DNA of 20,000 nucleotides from Proteromonas lacertae (Eukaryota): NCBI GenBank assembly GCA_002245135.1, contig NGBS01001164.1, positions 306,732 to 326,731 of the forward strand, read 5' to 3'. Shown piece by piece: positions 1 to 9,178 of this stretch (position 1 is its first letter; each line of letters starts with the position of its first letter). The notes under the pieces were generated by a model. It saw only the letters and a program-made list of their open reading frames with translations, ran no database searches and was not told where the DNA came from. The position numbers and the translations under genes were made by a program.

Positions 1-431
1 TGGTCTATGTGGATTTCCATTTTGATAGGTGTGACAGTAAGGACATTCTCTAGCATTTTGATTTGATTGAATAAACAAGTATCTTAGATATCTATTACAT
101 CATAACATATAAAAAAGAAAGATTTACTTTTCATATGAGTCTTCTGATGTGAATTGTTGAATTTCGTTTCTTGTTATATAATGATCACAGTCTGGCATAT
201 AACATTTTATGTGTACATTACCACTTTCTATACACTGCTTTATGTATTTTCTTAAGCAGGAATAACAACATCTATTGTGTTTTATCGATATTGTAAATAA
301 ATATACGAATGTCTACATGTTGATAAGACGTATAAAGAAGAGATTGTAAGATTTTCTAAACATATTGGGCAAAACGACATGTTCTCACAGGGTATATTTA
401 TAGACACAGAACCTAACGACAAATTTTCCAT
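1..431 (-). CDS. RBR-type (RING1-IBR) E3 ubiquitin ligase, 5' part; runs off the window start
   Basis: Manual translation from ATG 431, removing GT-AG introns 272-306 (35 nt) and 92-127 (36 nt), gives MENLSLGSVSINIPCENMSFCPICLE...TCRHSCCYSC...KCYMPDC (C3HC4 RING1) then RECPYC (start of IBR). Absent from the ORF track because of the introns. Confidence 0.85.
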
Positions 432-577
432 TTAAATATTATTCTGCTTTGATTTAGATGTAAAACTACTTAACAAATATTTTTCTATTATTAAATTTTA
501 TCCGTTTCATATAACTCATAAAATATTTTTCAATATTTACACCAAAGCAAACATACATACAGAAAATAAACAATAAA

Positions 578-1572
578 TTACTTTAAAGTGTGACCAGAGC
601 CACTAAATAACACATCATTTTTCTTTGCAAATTTACTTCTAGGTTTAGGTTTTTCAATACTATGTGTTGTACTTGATCCACTTCCAATAACTGTTCCATA
701 TTTTGATAATGGATCATCTGATTTAGCTAATTGAGGGGAAAGAGGAATTTTTCCATCTAATCTATAACCTTCTCCTGTAAATGGAACAAAACTTCTTTGA
801 AATCTTTTAGTTGGCGAAATAGTTTGGGCTTTTACACTTTTATCTTCTTCTATAGGAATGGAGAGCGATTCACTTAAATTATTCGCTTTTAGAGATTCAG
901 TGTGTGTAATAGGTGGTTCTACATAATCAGCAGGTGCTTCAAATTCTAGATCCAAGTTTGAATCTATTATATTCACAGTATTTGTTAAAATACTACCTGC
1001 TTTAACATCAACTACCTTCAACTCATATATCATATCCATATAATTAATTTGTATTATTTCTCCTTTTGTCAAACAACAGTATTTTATTAGTGATCTTTCA
1101 AGTACAGCTTTTGGATTTGATAATTCTATAAATTCTTTTTTCAAAGGTTGAAATTTAACGAATGTACCTTGAGGAGGAGGCATAACGTATTTTATATTTG
1201 CTAAAATACCACCTGCATTTAACATATTCATCATGTTGGAAGTTATTAAACAAGTACCTTCTCTTGCTGAAAATTCTAATACACCACAAGTAGTAGAATA
1301 AGTGGGCGTTCGTATTTGAAAGAAGTATGGAGCTGGAATATTCGGTCTCATTACTATTTTTAAATAATGAATATATATATATACATAAATCATTCAATAC
1401 AGTTGCTGGAAGTTTTACTATATAGATATAAAACAATTAATATTGTACTTCTATTGCCACAAGATATATCTGAAGTATCAGATGGAATGCATCTTAAACA
1501 ATACTCCAGAGAAGGTTCTCTTAAAAGTTCCTGAAAAAACTGCTACTTTAATATATTATTATCTTATACCAT
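578..1572 (-). CDS. UFD1: Ubiquitin fusion degradation protein 1 (p97/Cdc48 cofactor)
   Basis: Motifs GNRIKLP, CGVLEFSAREG, GTFVKFQP, LSNPKAVLERSL, CLTKGE, FEAPADY, and SHP boxes FTGEGYRLDGK and FSGSGHTL. ATG 1572 is followed directly by intron 1543-1569 (or 1540-1569, TAGCAG tandem acceptor). Further introns at 1418-1448 and 1354-1384. Confidence 0.95.
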
Positions 1573-1646
1573 TACGAAGAAGAAAAAATAAAAAAGCTTG
1601 TGTTATTCAAGTTTTTATAATTTTATTGTTTTCTGATTTATAGAAA

Positions 1647-2028
1647 ATGAAATTTAGCACAGAAGATGATCCACGAAGGCCTGGAGAGATTAAACCTTTT
1701 CAGCAAAGAGTAATTCCTGAAAATGAACTTCCTGTTGATATGTACTCTATTTTAGCGCTTTTGCTTGGAATGTTAGGATTAATGACAAGAGTATGCTTAT
1801 ATATAAATCAGTTATTATTATTTATTATTGACTAGAAATCAATGTTTTCTTGGGTTTCACTAATATGTAATTTTGCATCAATTGCTACATGTCCATATGC
1901 TGCAATGGATATGAAACAAATGTTTGCTTCTTTTTCGTATAATTATTACATTTTTATAAAGATATAGTTTTTCAATAATGGGGATTATCATGAATCACAT
2001 GCTAGAAAGAATACAAATAAAGAAGTAG
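1647..2028 (+). CDS. Asterix / PAT10 (UPF0139, WDR83OS-like) small ER membrane protein
   Basis: DPRRP N-terminal motif and hydrophobic helices. Introns 1791-1835 and 1937-1967 join to give ...LMTR-KSMFSWVSLICNFASIA...MDMKQMFASFS-FSIMGIIMNHMLERIQIKK*. Divergent from UFD1 across a 74-bp gap. Confidence 0.85.
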
Positions 2029-2128
2029 ATATTATATTTTATTAATTAATGGATGTTTTTATGAGGAAATATAACATAATATTTAAGTTTGTTATGAATT
2101 TGGTGAAACATTTCTTCATTACAAATAT

Positions 2129-2363
2129 AATACGCTCCTTTACAACAATACAATTTTGTTCATATTCTTTCAATATTTATTATTATTCAACGGTAATACC
2201 CACATCAGTTAAACAACCAATATATAAAGCAGAGATAAGTAGAAAAAACGTTTATAAAGAGTTGTTCATGAGAGAGAGGTATAAATGGTATAATTCCAAC
2301 TAAATAAAATGAAAGAGAAATGATTTATTAACGAAATTTTACTTCTCATCTCTTTCTACATCA
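2129..2363 (+). repeat. Leader-segment repeat copy A (partial, ~235 bp)
   Basis: Near-identical to 5399-5633 and 8778-9012. Shares the cggtaatacc and gaaaaaacg alleles with copy B rather than copy C. Confidence 0.95.
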
Positions 2364-2376
2364 AAATGTGAAAACA

Positions 2377-2843
2377 AACTCATTATCTTTGCATCATCTT
2401 TTGTATTCATTCTTAACCAATAATATGCTTCACGGAAATCATCAAATATTCTTTTATTTTCACCTCCTCCTGCAGCTAACACGATTGATGGACTTGAATA
2501 AGCGCTTGCAGTTACCCAAACACTATGTAATCCAAAATTACATAGAATAAAACTCATAAATATTATTACACCTATTGATATTGTCTTTTGATGAGGAATT
2601 TCTTCATTTTCATTATTCTTTTTCTTATTATTATTGTTGTTATCTTCATTATTATTATTATTATTATATAATACAATACTCATAAACTTTGTCATTATTT
2701 CACTTACATATATTCCTCCTAAAATACAAGCAATTGGAGATAATACTAACATTAATCGAACCATTACACCACTAAAGTATATTGTTGTTAAAGCATAAGT
2801 TATTAAGAAGATTTTACCTTCATTGTTACTCTTAAAACATAAA
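2377..2843 (-). pseudogene. Duplicated internal fragment of STT3
   Basis: Matches 14993-15459 in the same orientation (offset 12616). I saw one difference, a synonymous one (2504 g vs 15120 a). Covers CFKSNNEGK...DDAKIMS and stops immediately before WWDYG. Confidence 0.95.
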
Positions 2844-2936
2844 ATAAACAATTCACTATTTTATAAAGAGATTCTTACAGTTTCTAATAACGCACTTCAT
2901 TTTTTCTTAATACAGCATCTGATTAAACTAGTTTGA

Positions 2937-5119
2937 ATGATGTTGTTTTTAAATTCCTTAGATGATATGTGTTACTTGATATTCTCATCCGATTTAGAAG
3001 TATTTTTAGTATGTATATACTGATAGATAAGTGAAAGAGTAGTTAAGAGTAGTAATGAAGTAGATTTGGTTTTATGGCAAGAGAATGAATTTAAAACACT
3101 GAAGATAATAAATGTAAATAAAATAAAAGAGAAAATGATATTGAAATTCTGTGACATCCTGTCACAGTTACAACATTGCTGTTCATCCTTTATTTATCCT
3201 TCTAGAATTCTTCAGGTGAAGAAGCGTAGTGAATATAAGGTAGTTTGGAGAGAATATTATATAAGAGATTTAAAAGGGATAATTCAAAGAAAATCCTTGT
3301 CAAACGATGATACTTGTAGTGTGATATGTTCAATATGTGACTATGCGGTGTTATTAAGCGAATATGATGTAATAATAAGTAATTTGAAGAGTTCGAATAT
3401 AGTATATGGAAGAGATGAAACAATAAAAATATGTGATTTGTTCTTAGATGTAATAAGAAAAGAAGAAGATATGAAGATTTACGATGTGTGTTTCAAAAGT
3501 CCAGAAGAATTGAAAGGATTAGAATATAATGAGAGAAGTGTGATTTGGTCAATTGGATGTATTTTATATGAAATGATTTGTAAGAAATTACCATTTGACG
3601 AAGATAATAATATGATTAAAACGAAAGAAAATATTATGAGATGTAAGTACAATATTGATGTAGAATGTGATGAAATGTTGAAAGAAATGATAAATAAGAT
3701 GTTAAACATGAAAAATGAAGATAGAATGAGTTTAAATGATTTGACAAAAGAAATGATTAAACTAAACGAGATATTGAGAGATGAAGATAGTTTTTTATTG
3801 GTAATTGATGAAAGAAAAGAATTATTATTCAATAATGATTATTTAATAGATATTTCAATATTTAATGTAAAAGCAGAATATTATCTCCATAGAAAAGAAA
3901 GTATGTATATATTATATTATTGATAATATTTGAATAGAAATTGGTGATAATTTGATAGAATGTTACAACAACAAATCTGATAATAAAATACTATCAATAT
4001 TATTGATGATGAAATTATACAAAGAAGATAACTTAATAAAAGATAAGCTGAAATTTCAAATTCATCACAAATGTAAAAGAAATAAAAATAGTAATTTAGA
4101 TGAAATGATATTTAATATTGATGTTGATTGTATTGATAAAAAGATAATCAGAATAAATTCAAAATGTATTTGTTCATGTAAAGAAGGAATAGATTATTTC
4201 TTCAGAGTATTAAAACTAACGAATTTTGCAAAACTCAGATTTTGTATAAATCTGATTTTTTTGATTTTTTTAGATGATGTTGTTATTCCAGTTCAACATC
4301 AATCATTATTCGGTTCTTATTTTTATGAATTATCAAATTTACAAGAATTATATTTATGCAAATGTAAAATCACTTTTCATTTCATTAAATCATTTGTGAA
4401 ATTAATTCCATTCATGATGAAATTAAAATATATAGATCTAAGATGTATTTAATATTTTAATTACTTTGATATAGCTAATCCAATTGGTCCAAAAGGATTC
4501 AAAATGTTACTTCCATATCTGCAGTTATTATCTGCAGTTGTTAAATCCATTCTCACATTTCATTAATTAAACAGATTAATTATAAAACACTTGATTTATC
4601 AAATAATAAATTAAGTAATAATGGATTTAAAGAATTGATGCATCGTCAAACAAGAGGTGTATGGAGTATAATAATATTTAAAAATGAGATTGGAAATGAA
4701 GGAATGAAGATAATATGTAAATATTTAAATATATTTGTTGTTGTTGAAAACTTACAGAGTGATATAAAATCAATGAATCTTTCAAGCATTATATGAAATG
4801 ACTTTTAATTTTTAATAGATATTGGGATGAGCGAAAGAGGATTAAGATTGTTAATATAAAAATTAAAAGATTATACTCCATTAGAGAAAATAGACATATC
4901 AGGAAATAAATAAATGAAGAAGGATTAAGATTAATGAATGTAGATAAAGAAGTATTTGACTATTTAGAAGAATTGTCAATAACAGTAAAAGAGAATATAG
5001 ATAAATCCGTATTAAAATCATTTTTATACACATTTTCGACAATTGAAACAATCAACTTAGATGGAATATCAGAAGTAGAAAAGAAAGAATTATCTCAAGA
5101 AATCTTCAACATTATGTAA
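2937..5119 (+). pseudogene. Decayed pseudokinase (NEK-like fold) fused to ribonuclease-inhibitor-type LRRs
   Basis: Kinase motifs are degenerate: SNLKSSNI for HRDLKxxN, ICDLF for DFG, with SPE and IWSIGCILYEM...LPF retained. Plausible introns at 3000-3026, 3901-3937, 4244-4273 and 4445-4474. LRRs include LRSNPIGPKG, LDLSNNKLSNNG, KNEIGNEG and IDISGNK. In-frame TAA stops near 4564 and 4857 and a frameshift near 4910. Start codon uncertain. Confidence 0.75.
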
Positions 5120-5341
5120 TAAATTTCATTATTATTCTTATAATTTCTCATTCATTCATTTACTTTGTGTTAATCAAAAATGACTACATTCAGAAATGTG
5201 AAAACATTTAGATGTTAAAGTCAAAATGAGTAAACGAAAGGCTAGAATACATTTCCTATTCATTGTAACATGTATTAGTTTCTGGTAATTTTATACCATA
5301 TTTTAACCTGTCTATGCCATAATAAAGTATGTAGAACTGTC

Positions 5342-5799
5342 GATTGTGTAGTAAAGATAATATTGAATGTAATGAATGTTGTAAAAACTGTAAAGAAAAA
5401 TACACTCCTTTACAACAATACAATTTTGTTCATATTCTTTCAATATTTATTATTATTCAACGGTAATACCCACATCAGTTAAACAACCAATATATAAAGC
5501 AGAGATAAGTAGAAAAAACGTTTATAAAGAGTTGTTCATGAGAGAGAGGTATAAATGGTATAATTCCAACTAAATAAAATGAAAGAGAAATGATTTATTA
5601 ACGAAATTTTACTTCTAATCTCTTTCTACATCATAACAATAATTACTTTCAAATTTATTTTGATCAAGCATTTAGCTTGATAATTCTTTTTGATTGATTT
5701 GATTGGCTATTCTCTCAATCAATTGAATTATTCATAGCTCGTTTATTCGGTATTTTCATCTCGTTTATATATATAATTTATTTTATAGAAAGTGATATG
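5342..5799 (+). repeat. Leader/promoter segment copy B, ending at the ATG of CR gene 1
   Basis: 458 bp matching 8721-9178 (offset 3379) with a handful of substitutions. Ends ...tttttatagaaagtgatATG in both copies. Confidence 0.95.
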
Positions 5800-8284
5800 A
5801 GTAGTACTGTAAGTAAAGATAAAATGGTCAGAAAATCAAGCGTTGTGTTAGATTTTGATAATAATAAAAGAATGAAATTAGAAGAAGATAATTTTGTGAA
5901 GATAATGAACAGCTTGGTAGATGATGATAAAGATTTTTTAAGATTTACAGATGATAGTGTTAATGTTTTTCAATTTCCCAAAAGAATGATTTTGAAGAGA
6001 TCGTGTTACTTACAAATGTATAAAGATATTATCAAACTAATGAGCAGAGATGTATATCCAACGATTATTATAAGTGGACAACCTGGTATAGGTAAAACAA
6101 GTTTTTTGTATTACCTATTACATTGTTTAAAGAGTGATGATAGTTACAGATATAAGGATGAAAGTAAAACAATAAAAAGAGTAATTAATGGTATTTACGT
6201 GGTAAAAGGAAAGAAAAATGGTAATCCATTTGAAAAGCAAGTATATAAACTAGAAAAAGACAAAGTATCTATTATGAAAAATCCAAACTTGAATAATGTT
6301 ACAGAATCAATAATAATAGTAGATACATTTAGTGCAGAATATAAACCAACTAATATTGTTGTTTCTATTAATACTCCTGATGAGGACAACACAAAAGAAT
6401 TCCAAAATAGAAACGATAAAACTAAATTATATTTCGAGACATTAAGTTATGAAGAAGTAGAAAAATGGTTTGATAAATGTATAGATATTGACAGAGATGC
6501 AGAATTTAAAGAAATATGTGAAGCTTATGGTAATATTCCAAGACAAGTTTACTTCCATCATTTATATAAAGAGAATTATGGTAATAATAGAAATTATTGG
6601 AATTATTACAAGAAGTTAATAGATGGAGTTGTAGGTACAATTGGTTATAATAATTTTGTTGGTAATTATATGGAACAAAAAAGGTTAACTGATAAAAAAG
6701 GAATGTCAAATATAATATTAAAATATGATTATAAAGAAGAAATGAATGAAGATTTAGGTCATAAAGTATTAGTACCAAAAGATCATTTAAAATTCATATC
6801 TGAGAAGGTTGAAAAATACATAGTGTATAAATTCTATCCACCTAAAAATAAATCTGAATATGAAGAATTATGCAAATATTATAAAGAAATTAAGAACGAT
6901 GATAAAGAAATGAAAAGAGTTGCTATGAAACAAATGATATCATATGAATTAGGCATGGAAAAAATAAAATTGAATGTAAAAGGAGATAAGAATTTTCAGT
7001 TGAATTATGAAAAGCCAATCTTAGTTCATCATCCTGAAGGTGCTAAACATTTTGTTTATTTAATATTGGATGAAAATAATTATTTTGATCTAATAATGAA
7101 TGGGATATTTATAAAGATATTCTTAGATGGTGAGAAATTAGAAACTGATGAAACAAGAATAAAAGAATCAATCAAAGTATAAATAATCTATATTATGTAA
7201 TATAATGTAATAGGAATATAATAAAAGTGAAAAATGCAAATATAAGTATTGTGGTTTAAATGAAAATCGAGAAGTAGAAGTAAATGAAGTAAAAGTAGAA
7301 GAAGAAAGAGGAAGAGAGGAAGAAGAATTAGAAGTGATTAAAAGAAAAGAAGCATCTGAGAATCCATCATCTGCACTATGTAAACTACCAGCAGAAAAAG
7401 ATTTTGAAGTATTTGCTGATATAGATCGACGTTTTTATTTAATGAGAAAATGTTATTATCGAATTTTGAATGAAATTTATCCTGAAGGTATGAAGCTAGA
7501 TTATAATCATCAAAAGAACTATTTAATATTTGGCCAAGCTGGAATAGGAAAATCAATATTAGCGAAAGTTATAAAAGAATATATTCATGAAAAAAGGAAT
7601 GGAGAAATTAGAATAAAGCATATAGATAAAAACGGAGAGAGAATAAAAGGTTATAATGAAGATAAAATAGACAAAGATTATATATTAATTTGTAATGGAG
7701 GTTTAATAGGAGAAGATGATTATGGTGATGCAAAAATGATAATACTATTAGCTGATCCATCTGATAAAAAGTATAAAACATTTCAGAGTAAGAGATGTCC
7801 TCTGGTGATGTATATACCTCCATTTACAAAAGAAGAAATCGAAGAAGTAATAATTTTAGAAAATCCCCACAATATTAAAAAAACACAAAATGCAAATCAT
7901 TTTATTAATAAATCTGAAGTAAAAGAAGATCCATCAGAATTATCTGGAGGTATTAATGGTTATAAAAGAAGAATAGAATTATATAGAAAGAATTACGAAT
8001 ATTATGGAGGTGTAATTGGAAATAAAGAATGTGATGAAAAAATGATTAAAGAAGAACTTACTAAAATGAAGAAAGATAATAAACTAGAAGACATAATTAA
8101 TGGAATTAATGTATGTTCTCTTTCAAAAGACTATAATAATAAAATATTAATATATGAAACATGTGAAGATGTTACTGAATCGAATCATTTGATATTTATA
8201 TCTGAAACAATTCGACAAATAGCTAAGAAAATATTATTCAAAATTACTTCCAAAGAAGAATGTAAAGATATGATGAATATATAG
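5797..8284 (+). CDS. Crinkler/RHS-type protein copy 1 (~816 aa): NTPase - degenerate REase - NTPase; no header, final nuclease deleted
   Basis: ORFs 5797-7182 and 7334-8284 join in frame after removing GT-AG intron 7177-7213 (37 nt). Walker A GQPGIGKT (6076-6099) and GQAGIGKS (7532-7555). CR-NTPase-type motifs RSCY/RKCY, LYFETLSYEEV/MYIPPFTKEEI and YGNIPR. May be a young pseudogene. Confidence 0.75.
5830..8282 (+). repeat. 2453-bp direct duplication of 9698-12150
   Basis: Offset 3868. Identical by eye, including the intron, apart from a 45-nt patch (6334-6378) and one SNP (7694). Confidence 0.97.
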
Positions 8285-8720
8285 GAAAAGAAAGAATTAT
8301 CAAAAGATTAATTAAAAATAAAACAATTATTATAGTTTTTATATTTACATATTTTTATCTATCATCAATTTCTACTTGTTTGTTTGATTGGATAGAATAG
8401 TGTTTCTTGATTAATTAAAAGACAGTATGGATGATAATTCAATGAATAGTGTTGTTATTTTTAAATTTCATAATACTATATTTTAAATAAAATACAAAAA
8501 GAGAATGAGAATAGAAGAAGGAAGATATAAATCGTATTATCAGATTTATATTAACGGATCTAATTAACCAAAACTAAATATAAAAATAGTATCATTTCTA
8601 CAAAATATAAACCTCTACTTTACTTGCTTCGGCTGCAGCTGCGTTACTATTATACCTACTGCTTATGCAATTTTCAGTATAAGATTTTGATTTACTGTTA
8701 TAATGTGATTTAATTTCATA

Positions 8721-9178
8721 GATTTTGTAGTAGAGATAATATTGAATGTAATGAATGTTGTAAAAACTGTAAAGAAAAATACACTCCTTTACAACAATAC
8801 AATTTTGTTCATATTCTTTCAATATTTATTATTATTCAACTATTATACCCACATCAGTTAAACAACCAATATATAAAGCAGAGATAAGTAGAAAAGACGT
8901 TTATAAAGAGTTGTTCATGAGAGAGAGGTATAAATGGTATAATTCCAACTAAATAAAATGAAAGAGAAATGATTTATTAACGAAATTTTACTTCTAATCT
9001 CTTTCTACATCATAACAATAATTACTTTCAAATTTATTTTGATCAAGCATTTAGCTTGATAATTCTTTTTGATTGATTTGATTGGCTATTCTCTCAATCA
9101 ATTGAATTATTCATAGCTCGTTTATTTGGTATTTTCATCTCGTTTATATATATAATTTATTTTATAGAAAGTGATATG
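8721..9178 (+). repeat. Leader/promoter segment copy C, ending at the ATG of CR gene 2
   Basis: Matches 5342-5799. Confidence 0.95.

Noticed and set aside
2339..2851. 170-aa ORF as a functional second STT3
   Set aside because: Internal fragment with a non-ATG start, lacking the N-terminal helices and WWDYG.
4850..4915. In-frame TAA as evidence of stop-codon reassignment
   Set aside because: Conserved genes here end in TAA or TAG and have no internal stops. The neighbouring frameshift indicates decay.
7177..7213. Intron retention as a regulated switch giving an NTPase-only protein (stop at 7180-7182, also 11048-11050)
   Set aside because: Early stops are the norm in AT-rich introns, and nothing in the sequence indicates regulation.
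8598..8822. Minus-strand 74-aa ORF with the GC-rich patch NAAAAEASK
   Set aside because: Non-ATG start, straddles the repeat boundary, no recognisable domain. Possibly a gene scrap but unsupported.
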